Assembly (NCBI GenBank): GCA_039919835.1
Contig: JBDSEX010000033.1
Coordinates: 1-28,106 of the forward strand
Length of the DNA: 28,106 bases
Direction: 5' to 3'
Source: Luteimonas sp.
Lineage (GTDB): Bacteria; Pseudomonadota; Gammaproteobacteria; Xanthomonadales; Xanthomonadaceae
Shown: positions 1 through 8,598 of the stretch, piece after piece
How the letters are laid out: every line of letters begins with the position of its first letter
Numbering within the stretch: the first letter of the stretch is position 1
Translations under genes and position numbers: made by a program
The notes under the pieces: generated by a model
Seen by the model: the letters and a program-made list of their open reading frames with translations, nothing else
What the model was told of the DNA's origin: nothing
Database searches by the model: none

Positions 1-49
1 GGACGCGGTCGGGCGCATCGACCTGCAGCTGTTGTCCAACGCTGCCTGA
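1..49 (+). CDS. 3' end of upstream gene (…DAVGRIDLQLLSNAA*), possibly bacterioferritin-associated ferredoxin
   Basis: Frame 2 is open to TGA at 47-49. Identity as Bfd is guessed only from its usual position upstream of bfr; no Cys motif lies in the window. Confidence 0.3.
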   Translation, partial: DAVGRIDLQLLSNAA

Positions 50-287
50 TGCGCCCTGCCCAGGACCGGGGGTAGCTTCCGGCGCTGCTTATCTGGGTGT
101 GGCCCTGCCATTTCCATCCCACACCATGGTGTTCCACGGCCGATGAATCGCTGTGGGTCGAGCCCGAGCCTACGGTCTTCCACTCGTGTTCCGCATTCGT
201 TTGCCTTGGCACGTGCTCGCGCATGACGCGTGGCCGCACCTGGCCTCCGCGCGAGAAGCTCCCACCGCTTGATGTCGATCCAGGGGA

Positions 288-306
288 AATGCGCGTGATT
301 CGCGTT
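288..306. promoter_or_regulatory. Candidate Fur-box-like palindrome upstream of bfr
   Basis: AATGCGCGT-G-ATTCGCGTT matches 13/18 positions of AATGAGAAT-N-ATTCTCATT and lies about 60 bp upstream of an iron-storage gene. Confidence 0.3.
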
Positions 307-363
307 TCCTCATCCGCGGCCGCGCAGGTCTAGAGTCGCGCCATCGAAACGGATCGAAGGGCG

Positions 364-837
364 ATGATGAAAGGCGATGCGAAAGTGATCGAGCACCTCA
401 ACAAGGCGCTGTACAACGAGCTCACTGCGATCAACCAGTATTTCCTGCACGCCAAGATGCTCAAGAACTGGGGCCTGAAGGAACTGGCCGAGCACGAGTA
501 CCACGAGTCGATCGACGAGATGAAGCACGCCGACAAGCTCGCCGAGCGCATCCTGTTCCTGGAAGGGCTGCCAAATTTCCAGGCGCTGGGCAAACTTCGC
601 ATCGGCGAGAATCCGCGCGAATTGCTGGAGTGCGATCTCGCGCTTGAACTGGAAGCGCTGCCGGTCCTACGCAACGCCATCGTCGATTGCGAGGCGGTCA
701 ACGATTACGTCAGCCGCAAGTTGTTCGCCGACATCCTCGAGTCAGAGGAAGAGCACATCGACTGGATCGAAACGCAGCTCGAACTCATGGTGCGCGTCGG
801 CGAGCAGAATTACCTGCAGGGCAAGATGCGCGAGTGA
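364..837 (+). CDS. bfr: Bacterioferritin
   Basis: [22 protein letters not shown] (haem-ligand Met, ferroxidase E/H), LFLEGLPN and EEEHIDW motifs. Start at 364 or 367. Confidence 0.98.
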   Translation: MMKGDAKVIEHLNKALYNELTAINQYFLHAKMLKNWGLKELAEHEYHESIDEMKHADKLAERILFLEGLPNFQALGKLRIGENPRELLECDLALELEALPVLRNAIVDCEAVNDYVSRKLFADILESEEEHIDWIETQLELMVRVGEQNYLQGKMRE

Positions 838-993
838 CGTGGCTCGCAAAAGGCGTTTTACCGGTGGCGGGGGAACCGGCGCAGCCGAGTCCGCTGCATG
901 TGGTCAGCGAGCGGGACCACGCCTGCAACGTTCATCGCGGCGGAACACCATGCGGCCGGCTCCGCCGCGCGGGGTCCTCCCAGCGCTGCGGCC

Positions 994-3294
994 TCAAACC
1001 GCGGGTGCAGCTGAAGCCGCATGCATCCGCGCAACCAGCAATGGACGCACGCGCTCGAATTCAGCGACAACCACGGCCACGGCCGCCGCGGGGCGTTCGA
1101 GGGTTTCCTGACGTGCATCCAGTTCGATGCGCTTGGCCGCTTCGGACAGCGTTTCCGCGCCGAGATTGCCGCTGGACGACTTGAGGCTGTGCGCCAGCTC
1201 GCGCAGGAGCGCAAGGTCAGGCACTTCGGCGGCAGATTTCATCTGCGCGATGAGGCGCGGGGTGGTGTCGAGGTACGTCGCGATGATCTGGCCGACGCCG
1301 CGGCCGATCACCGCTTCGAGTTCGTCGAGCGTGGCGATGTTGATCATGGGCACGGGCTCCTTCGGTGGGTCGACGCGGCCCTCGGCCGGGTGACGGCGGT
1401 CCTCGTCGGGTTCGTCGCCTCCGCGCTCGGACAGCCAGCGCGACAGGCAGTCGTCGAGCTGCGCGCGGGTCACGGGTTTGGCGAGGTAATCGTCCATGCC
1501 GGCGTCCAGGCATTTCTGCCGGTCGCCGGCCATGGCGTTCGCGGTCATCGCCACGATCGGCAGCCGTGTCGCGCCCGCGGTTGCTTCCATCTCGCGCCAG
1601 CGACGCGTGGCGCCGTAGCCATCCAGCACTGGCATCTGGCAGTCCATCAGCACCAGGTCGTAGCGCGACCGCGCCATCTTTTCCAGCGCGATCTCGCCGT
1701 TGACGGCGGTGTCGCAGGCCAGGCCCAGCACCTTCAGCAGCTCTTGCGCCACCAACAGGTTCACCGGGTTGTCCTCGACCAGCAGCAGGTTTCCGTGCCA
1801 CTGCCGCCTGCGCACCGCGGCGCCTTCCCCACGCCGTGCGACCTGCCCAAGGCCACCCATCGGTGCCGATGCCGGCGCAGGGGCGACGAGTACAGTGCGC
1901 AGTTCAGCGTCGCCCACGTGCCGGGGCAGGCAGGCCACGCCAGGTTGCCTGAGCTCATCGGGAATGAGGTCGTCGCTCGACAGGCACACCAGGCGAACAT
2001 CCCCGTACAGTGCCTGCCGCTCCAGATTACGGTGGAGGGCAATGGCGGTCCCGCGCATGCCGGCGAGGTCCGCGAGCACCACCGAGTACTGCCAGGGCGC
2101 GCCCTGCTGCGCGGCGACGCGCAGGCGGTCGAGCGCCTCGTGGACCGTGTCCACGGCGGTGATGCGCAGACCCCAGTTGGGTAGCAGCATGCTCAGGCGG
2201 CGCCGCAACTGCTCGTCCACGCTCAGCAGCAACAGTCGCGCGCCGCTGGCGTCGGTGGGACGCGCGACCAGGTCGCCCTGCACCTTGGTCAGCGGAATCT
2301 CGAAATGGAACGTGGCCCCGACGCCGGCGTCCGACTGCACGCCGATGCGTCCGCCCATCAGGTCCACGATGCGTTTGCAGATGGCAAGGCCGAGTCCGGT
2401 GCCGCCATAGAGTCGCGTGGTGGACGCGTCGGCCTGTGCGAATGCGGTGAACAGCTGCTTCTGCGCCTGTTCGGAGATGCCGATGCCGGTGTCGGTGATT
2501 TCGAACCGCAGCAGGTGCTGGCCGGCGTTCTCGCCCAGCCGTTTCACGGTCACGGTCACCGAGCCCTTTTCCGTGAACTTGACCGCATTGCCGATCAGGT
2601 TGCCAAGCACTTGCCGCAGCCGCACCTGGTCGCCACGCACGGGCAGCCGGACGGCGGGGTCCATCTCAAGGTGCAGGCGAAGCCCCTTGATGTCCGCCGG
2701 ATGGCGCATCCACTGCGTCACGTCCTCGAGCAGTTCGCGCAGGTTGAAGACGTTGCTTTCCAGCTCGAGGCGGTGCGCCTCCAGCTTGGAATAGTCGAGG
2801 ATGTCGTCGACGATCCGCAGCAATTGCTGCGACGAGGCGTATGCGGTGCGGACCAGGTCGCGTTGGCTTTGCGGCAGCGACATCGACAGCAGCAGATCCA
2901 GCATCGGGATGACGCCGTTCAGCGGCGTGCGGATTTCATGGCTCATCGTGGCAAGGAACTCGCCCTTCGCCAGCACCACCGACTCGGCAGTCGCCTTGGC
3001 CTGCTGCAGTTGGCGTTCAAGTTCCTGGTGGCGACGGATCTCCCGCTGCAGCGCATCGACCTCCGCGCGCCCGCGGTCGGCGTGCAGCGCGCGCGCGCGG
3101 AACTCGACCTCGTGCCGGCGCAGCGACAGCACGATCGCGATCACGCCGAACAATGCGAGCAGGACCAGCACCAGGGCCGCCAGCCGCATGCTGCCCCATC
3201 CGGCCTGTTCCATCGCCAGTGCGATGGCCGCTCCCGCCGCTGCGCCCAACGCCAGCCAGCGCGCGAACAGCGGCGAAGGATTTCCCGCGTTCAG
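994..3294 (-). CDS. Membrane-anchored hybrid sensor histidine kinase (HisKA-HATPase-pseudoREC-REC-HPt)
   Basis: H-box SHEIRTPLNG, N-box LGNLIGNAVKFT, DTGIGI, GGTGLGL; REC VEDNPVN…LMDCQMP…KP; HPt HSLKSSS. Start uncertain: CTG 3294 (overlapping the upstream stop), TTG 3249 or ATG 3213. Confidence 0.93.
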   Translation of the reverse strand: MNAGNPSPLFARWLALGAAAGAAIALAMEQAGWGSMRLAALVLVLLALFGVIAIVLSLRRHEVEFRARALHADRGRAEVDALQREIRRHQELERQLQQAKATAESVVLAKGEFLATMSHEIRTPLNGVIPMLDLLLSMSLPQSQRDLVRTAYASSQQLLRIVDDILDYSKLEAHRLELESNVFNLRELLEDVTQWMRHPADIKGLRLHLEMDPAVRLPVRGDQVRLRQVLGNLIGNAVKFTEKGSVTVTVKRLGENAGQHLLRFEITDTGIGISEQAQKQLFTAFAQADASTTRLYGGTGLGLAICKRIVDLMGGRIGVQSDAGVGATFHFEIPLTKVQGDLVARPTDASGARLLLLSVDEQLRRRLSMLLPNWGLRITAVDTVHEALDRLRVAAQQGAPWQYSVVLADLAGMRGTAIALHRNLERQALYGDVRLVCLSSDDLIPDELRQPGVACLPRHVGDAELRTVLVAPAPASAPMGGLGQVARRGEGAAVRRRQWHGNLLLVEDNPVNLLVAQELLKVLGLACDTAVNGEIALEKMARSRYDLVLMDCQMPVLDGYGATRRWREMEATAGATRLPIVAMTANAMAGDRQKCLDAGMDDYLAKPVTRAQLDDCLSRWLSERGGDEPDEDRRHPAEGRVDPPKEPVPMINIATLDELEAVIGRGVGQIIATYLDTTPRLIAQMKSAAEVPDLALLRELAHSLKSSSGNLGAETLSEAAKRIELDARQETLERPAAAVAVVVAEFERVRPLLVARMHAASAAPAV

Positions 3295-5378
3295 AGCACC
3301 GCGCTCTGGAAATCGAATTCCAGGTCGTCGCTTGCAACCTGCACCAGGTTGCCCTGGATGTAGTCGATGCCGCTCATCCACAGCGTAGCGGCCGCTTGCG
3401 GGTCTTCGATCTGGTGGCCGATGACCTGCAGGCCGAGCCGGTGCGCGCGATCGATGACTGCACGCATCTCATCGCGCAGCGCAGGCGAGGCTTGCGCTTC
3501 GGAATAGCGCGACGACAACCGCAGGTAGCCAAGCGGCAACTGCGCCAGCAGGGTCTGCGCTTCCTCGCTCTGTTCGTATTGGCTTAGGCAGAACTGCACG
3601 CCGGCGCCCATCAGGCGCTGGCAGAACTCGAGCAGGGTGACCGTGTGGATCAGCGCGTCGGACAGGCGCAGGTCGATGACCAGCGACGTGCCTTCGATGC
3701 GCTGGGTGGCGATGGCGTCCAGCAGCCATTCGGCGCTGGCCTGGCGCGACAGCGAACGCGGCGACTGCGACACGAACAGCCGCAGCGGCCGATGCTCCGC
3801 CCCGCGACGACGCAAGGTTGCCACGGCCTGCTCAAGCACCCAGTGGTCGAGCTCCTGCAGCAGCGCCGTATCTTCCAGCGCAGGCAGGAACTGGCCGGCC
3901 GACTGCAGCTGCCCATCCTCCGTTCGCAGGCGCAGCAGCGTCTGGTATTGCGCATCGTCGCCGCCGGCCACCGCGACGATGGGCTGGTATGCAAGTTCCA
4001 GCCGATCGTCCTTCAGCGCCTCGCGCACCACGTCGCCGAGGGCGGGATCGTCAGCCGCGCGGCGCTGCATCGGCGCCAACAGCTTCAACCCGGCCGGACT
4101 TTCGCGCGCGCCGCGCAGGGCGCTTTCCGCAGCGTCGAGCACCGCCCCGACATCGTCGAATCCGTGGCCTAGATCGACCGCGCCCACCGTCGCGCGCAGG
4201 CGGATTGCCTGTTCAGCGGTGCCAAGGGTGCAATCGGCCAAGCCGTCGCGCAAAGTCCGTGCGAAATCCTCGATCCGCGCCGATGCGAGTCCCGGCGCCA
4301 GTACCAGGAAAGCGCTGTCATTGAGCCGCGCGAACCCGGTGCGGCTTGCATCGAACGTTGGGGCCAGTGCGGCCAGTGCGGCCAGGCGCAGCCCGGCGCC
4401 GGCCATGATCTGTTCGTAGGAAGCATATCCGTAGCGTTCGCGCAGGCGCGCCGTGCCGGCAATTTCAATGAACAGCAGCGCGCCTGTCACCGTGGGTTGC
4501 AGCAGTTCCTCTGCAAGACGTGCGATCAGGAACGCGCGCGGCAGCAGGCCGGTTTCGGGCGAAGGCTGCGGCGCGAGCATCCGGCTCTGGCTGAGCTTGC
4601 GCGCACGCTGCACACGGCTCTGCACGGCGGCGACCAGATGCCGCGGCCGGATCGGCTTGTTGAGGAAGTCGTCGGCCCCGCCTGCCAGCACGTCGAACTG
4701 ACGGTCAGGGTCTGGATCTCCGGTCAGGAACACGATCGGCATGTGCAGGAACTGCTCATGCGCTCGTATCTGTTCGGTCATCGCAAGACCATCGAGTCCG
4801 GGGAGGTGCAGGTCCATCAGCACCAGGTCCGGATGGAAACGTTCCAGTGCGTCGATCACGCCGGACGATTCGCTCACGATCATCGTCTCCATTCCGGTGC
4901 CTTTCAGCACGCCCTCGGCGAACAGCGCCTGGCTGGGATCGTCTTCGACGATCAGGATGCGATAGGGATCCGTCGCCACGGTGGCACTCACGGCGCTGGC
5001 GATCGGCTTGGCACGGGCGGACGATCCATCCCCGGCGACCGCTGGCGACGTGTCGATCGAGGCAGGCGGGATGTGCCCGACCGGCCCATTCCCTGCCACT
5101 GCATCGCCCGCACCAGCAGTCCCTGCAACATCAGCCCCTGCAGCGTCAGCCCCTGCAGCATCAGCCCCTGCAGCATCAGCCCCAGCAGCATCAGCGCCTG
5201 CAGCATCAGCGCCCGGCGCATCGCCATGCCAGCGCCGCCAATACTGCGGCGGGGGCGCTTCGGCGCGGCGTGCGTAGCGGGTGACTTCGGGCGCGCCCGG
5301 GGCGTCTCCGGCCGCGATGCGGTCGTCGGTGCCGGGCGGTGCGGAGGTCGAGCGCGAATCGGGTCCGGTAGCGGACAT
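3291..5378 (-). CDS. REC-GGDEF-EAL response regulator with degenerate GGDEF and EAL motifs
   Basis: REC IVEDD…LMDLHLPGLDG…KP. GGDEF position reads NDSAF, EAL position reads QTLLR, and the DDFG loop is replaced by SQYE. SD AGGGGG precedes the ATG. Confidence 0.93.
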   Translation of the reverse strand: MSATGPDSRSTSAPPGTDDRIAAGDAPGAPEVTRYARRAEAPPPQYWRRWHGDAPGADAAGADAAGADAAGADAAGADAAGADVAGTAGAGDAVAGNGPVGHIPPASIDTSPAVAGDGSSARAKPIASAVSATVATDPYRILIVEDDPSQALFAEGVLKGTGMETMIVSESSGVIDALERFHPDLVLMDLHLPGLDGLAMTEQIRAHEQFLHMPIVFLTGDPDPDRQFDVLAGGADDFLNKPIRPRHLVAAVQSRVQRARKLSQSRMLAPQPSPETGLLPRAFLIARLAEELLQPTVTGALLFIEIAGTARLRERYGYASYEQIMAGAGLRLAALAALAPTFDASRTGFARLNDSAFLVLAPGLASARIEDFARTLRDGLADCTLGTAEQAIRLRATVGAVDLGHGFDDVGAVLDAAESALRGARESPAGLKLLAPMQRRAADDPALGDVVREALKDDRLELAYQPIVAVAGGDDAQYQTLLRLRTEDGQLQSAGQFLPALEDTALLQELDHWVLEQAVATLRRRGAEHRPLRLFVSQSPRSLSRQASAEWLLDAIATQRIEGTSLVIDLRLSDALIHTVTLLEFCQRLMGAGVQFCLSQYEQSEEAQTLLAQLPLGYLRLSSRYSEAQASPALRDEMRAVIDRAHRLGLQVIGHQIEDPQAAATLWMSGIDYIQGNLVQVASDDLEFDFQSAVL
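5121..5225. repeat. In-frame 15-bp tandem repeat (6 units plus 1 degenerate) encoding (ADAAG)n
   Basis: Units of CCCTGCAGCATCAGC and variants at 5121, 5136, 5151, 5166, 5181 and 5196, with a degenerate unit at 5211. Confidence 0.95.
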
Positions 5379-5487
5379 CAGCCCCCCTAGGCGATTTCCA
5401 CAGTATGCGCATGAGCGTTCATGCGCGCATGGTTCACAACGCGTCTCGCGCGGCGATCAGGCCACCTCGTGCGCGAGCGTGCTGCCT

Positions 5488-6075
5488 TCAACCCGTACCG
5501 GGCTGCGGCCGCGGTGCGCGGCGGAAGAGCTTGCGCCACAGCCACCATACGCCGAGCGCGAACAACAGGCTTACCGACACCACGATGCCGAGCCCGATCC
5601 ACGGATGCGAGAACGCCAATGCCAGCCCGCTGACCACGGCCACGTCTTCCGTCACCGACGCCGTCCAGTTGCTCACCGGCTCCGGTGACGTGTTCATCAG
5701 CGCGCGCGACCCGGATTTGAGCAGATGGCTGGTCAAGGCCACGCCCGCGCCTGTCGCGAGCACGCCGGCACCCAGCTCACCGTCGGGCGACATGGCCGCC
5801 GCTGCGAGGAATGCGCCCGCGGGCACGCGTAACAGGGTATGCAACAGGTCCCAGCCCGAATCCACGCCCGGTATCTTGTCGGCGAAGAATTCGGCGATCG
5901 CCAGCGCACCGGAAACGCCCAGCACCCATGGCGACTGCGTGACCTGCAGCGCCTGCGGAAGGTCGATCCAGCCGAACATCCCAGCCAGGCCGACTCCGAA
6001 CACCGTCAGGTACACGCGGATCCCCGCCAACCATGCGAGCAGCACGCCAATTGCGAACAGGTGGGCTTCGGACAC
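5488..6075 (-). CDS. DUF4126-like membrane protein
   Basis: Hydrophobic protein with GIRVYLTVF, EFFADKIPGVDSGWD and PEPVSNWTASVTED patterns recalled for DUF4126. SD AAGGA precedes the GTG. Confidence 0.8.
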   Translation of the reverse strand: MSEAHLFAIGVLLAWLAGIRVYLTVFGVGLAGMFGWIDLPQALQVTQSPWVLGVSGALAIAEFFADKIPGVDSGWDLLHTLLRVPAGAFLAAAAMSPDGELGAGVLATGAGVALTSHLLKSGSRALMNTSPEPVSNWTASVTEDVAVVSGLALAFSHPWIGLGIVVSVSLLFALGVWWLWRKLFRRAPRPQPGTG

Positions 6076-6251
6076 GGCGGATTCCTTGCATCGCGGCCGC
6101 GCTGGGCCGTACCTGGTGGAGTATAGGAAGCGATCGTCACGGTGCTGTAAAAAACCTGATCGTCATGCGACCTGCCCGACGCGTCCCGGCGGCGGGGCTC
6201 CCGGCCCGATCCGTACAATGCGTGTCCCGATACTTCAGGGTGCTGCAGCCG

Positions 6252-6983
6252 ATGAGCGATCCCATGTCTGAGCGAGCGCCCCTGGACGCACCCGGTCCAG
6301 CGCGGGACGAGCGCATGGTGAACCATCGGCCACCCCGGCAGCCCCAAGGGATGACCGCGTTGATCGCCGCACTCTGGATCGCGTCGCTGGCTGGTCTCTG
6401 GTTCTGGGCAGGCGATCGCACGACTCCGGCGGCGGTCCCGATCACAGCTCCTTCGGCGGCCGACGCACAACTCCAGCAACGCGTTGCCACCCTGCAGATG
6501 TCCGACCGGATCAGCCGCCAGGCCAATCGCGAACTGCAGCAGACGCTGGCCGAACGCGAGGAGGAGGTGGCCGGCCTGCGCGCCGACGTCGCCTTCTACG
6601 AGCGACTGGTCGGCTCCACCGGCCAGCGCAAGGGCTTGAGCGTGCACGACGTCGAGCTGCGCCGCGACAGCGATGGCAGCTGGCGATACATCGCCATGCT
6701 CACGCAGAACCTCAATCGCGGTGCAGTCAGCAAGGGCGGCCTGACCCTGAGCGTGGAAGGGACCCGCGACGGCAGGCTGACGCGGCTGGGCTGGGCCGAC
6801 CTGTTGCAGGCCCCGAACGCGCCCCCGCAGCGCTTCGACTTCCGCTATTTCCAGCGGCTCGAAGGCAGCCTGGTGCTGCCGAAAGGGTTCGTCCCCGGCC
6901 GGGTCATCGCCCAGGTCAAGGCCGACCGCGGCGGCAGCGCCGAACAGGCGTTCCCGTGGGCCGACGCCACCGACGCGCCCTGA
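6252..6983 (+). CDS. Conserved membrane-anchored coiled-coil protein (DUF6776-like)
   Basis: N-terminal TM helix, coiled coil, DVAFYERLV and FRYFQRLEG motifs. Start uncertain (6252, 6264, 6315 or 6351). Confidence 0.7.
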   Translation: MSDPMSERAPLDAPGPARDERMVNHRPPRQPQGMTALIAALWIASLAGLWFWAGDRTTPAAVPITAPSAADAQLQQRVATLQMSDRISRQANRELQQTLAEREEEVAGLRADVAFYERLVGSTGQRKGLSVHDVELRRDSDGSWRYIAMLTQNLNRGAVSKGGLTLSVEGTRDGRLTRLGWADLLQAPNAPPQRFDFRYFQRLEGSLVLPKGFVPGRVIAQVKADRGGSAEQAFPWADATDAP

Positions 6984-7155
6984 CCGTGCCGCAAGGCCTT
7001 TTTGCGACGGATCACACGGATCCACGCTCTCTGGGATCCATGCAGTGGTACACGCCGCTGGCGCATCGCAGTTGCTGATCATGTGCTTGAACTGCGTGCA
7101 TCAGGCCTGATCCGCGGCGAGTATGGTCTTGCGGTTGATTTGCGCGACATTAAAG

Positions 7156-7182
7156 ATTGAATCGATCTCCCGTGTGCCCCAT
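7156..7182 (+). promoter_or_regulatory. Sigma32-like promoter upstream of erpA
   Basis: ATTGAA-N15-CCCCAT, compared with consensus CTTGAA-N13-15-CCCCAT. Confidence 0.5.
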
Positions 7183-7191
7183 CTTGATGCC

Positions 7192-7551
7192 ATGACCACC
7201 GAAGCCAGCTACCAGCAACTCGACGCGCCGCTGCTGTTCACGCAGGCGGCCGCCAGCAAGGTGCGCGAGCTGATCGTCGAGGAAGGCAACGATGCGTTGA
7301 AGCTGCGCGTCTACATCCAGGGCGGTGGCTGTTCCGGTTTCCAGTACGGCTTCGAGTTCGACGAGGCGCAGGGCGAAGACGACCTCGCCATCCGCACCGA
7401 CGGGGTGACGTTGCTGGTCGATCCGCTGAGCCTGCAATACCTGATGGGCGCGCAGGTCGACTACAGCGAAAGCCTGCATGGCGCGCAGTTCGTGATCCGC
7501 AATCCGAATGCGAAGTCGACCTGCGGCTGCGGCTCCTCGTTCACGGTGTGA
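7192..7551 (+). CDS. erpA: Fe-S cluster insertion protein ErpA (A-type carrier)
   Basis: [17 protein letters not shown] and [14 protein letters not shown]. Start placed at MTTEAS. Confidence 0.95.
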   Translation: MTTEASYQQLDAPLLFTQAAASKVRELIVEEGNDALKLRVYIQGGGCSGFQYGFEFDEAQGEDDLAIRTDGVTLLVDPLSLQYLMGAQVDYSESLHGAQFVIRNPNAKSTCGCGSSFTV

Positions 7552-8474
7552 GCGCACCGCATCACCGTGGCCATCCGCGCATGACCCCGCCGCCGGCGCC
7601 ATTCGCCTTCGTCGATGCCGCGCTCGATCGCGCCGATCACCTGCGCGATGACCTTGAAGCACTTTCGACAGGCTGGCCACAGGCACGCATCCTGATGCTC
7701 GATGCCGAGGGCCGCGCATTGGCGGATGCCGGCAATGCACTGTTCGCGCCACTGGGTGCCGAAGTCGGCGGTGGACCCGGCACCGCGCTGTTCCTGGGTT
7801 TGCATGGCGGCCAGGCCTGGTTCGCCGCACAGGCCGAGACCCTTGAACTCGACGCGCCGAATCGCATCGACCTGCGCAGCGCCGCGGCGTTGTGGTCGCC
7901 GTTCGAGGCTACGCTGTTCGCCCAGGCCCGCGCGATGCAGCACTGGCGCGCGCGGCACCGGCATTGCGGCGCCTGCGGCGGCGAAGTCGCCTTCGTGCGC
8001 GCGGGCTGGTGCGGACGCTGCACGCAATGCCAGGCCGAACATTACCCGCGCACCGATCCGGCGGTGATCGTGGCCGTGACCGACGGCGCGCGGCTGCTGC
8101 TCGGCCGGCAGGCGGGATGGCCACGGCTTCGCTATTCGACACTGGCTGGATTCGTCGAGCCAGGCGAATCGCTGGAGCAGGCCGTCGCGCGGGAGGTGTT
8201 GGAGGAAAGCGGCGTGCGCGTGCGCGCCAGCCGTTACCTCGCCTCGCAACCGTGGCCGTTTCCCGGTTCCCTGATGCTCGGCTTCGTTGCCGATGCCGAC
8301 CCTGACCCGCCGCGCACCGGCGACGAACTGGAAGACGCACGCTGGTTCGACATCGACGAAGTCGGCCGCGCAATCCGCGGTGAAGCGCGCGACGGCGAGC
8401 TGTTGCTGTCACCCTCCATTTCGATTTCGCGCTGGCTGGTGGAAACCTGGCACGCGTCAGCCACGCAAGGTTGA
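7548..8474 (+). CDS. nudC: NADH pyrophosphatase / NAD-cap decapping Nudix hydrolase
   Basis: Zn-finger CGAC…[13 protein letters not shown], Nudix box [20 protein letters not shown] and [15 protein letters not shown] overlap with erpA. Confidence 0.96.
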   Translation: MSAPHHRGHPRMTPPPAPFAFVDAALDRADHLRDDLEALSTGWPQARILMLDAEGRALADAGNALFAPLGAEVGGGPGTALFLGLHGGQAWFAAQAETLELDAPNRIDLRSAAALWSPFEATLFAQARAMQHWRARHRHCGACGGEVAFVRAGWCGRCTQCQAEHYPRTDPAVIVAVTDGARLLLGRQAGWPRLRYSTLAGFVEPGESLEQAVAREVLEESGVRVRASRYLASQPWPFPGSLMLGFVADADPDPPRTGDELEDARWFDIDEVGRAIRGEARDGELLLSPSISISRWLVETWHASATQG

Positions 8475-8598
8475 CCTTGCGCCATCGCGCTTCACGATGC
8501 ATGCGTCAAGGACGGTCGGAGCCTGACTGATGGGATGCCAACGCCCACGCTGCAGTCGTCCTGATCGCCTCGTAAAACCTGCAAGGTAGAATCCGGGC

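Noticed and set aside
97-333. 78-aa ORF upstream of bfr as Bfd or a leader peptide
   Set aside because: No Bfd C-x-C…C-x2-C pattern and no SD; looks like an incidental ORF.
1021-2184. 387-aa + strand ORF
   Set aside because: Antisense shadow of the hybrid kinase, typical of high-GC codon bias; no recognisable motifs.
5121-5225. CRISPR interpretation of the repeat
   Set aside because: Contiguous 15-mers with no spacers, in-frame inside a CDS, and no cas genes.
3291-5378. Naming the REC-GGDEF-EAL protein FimX
   Set aside because: No PAS domain is seen and there is no pilus context; only the degeneracy is similar.
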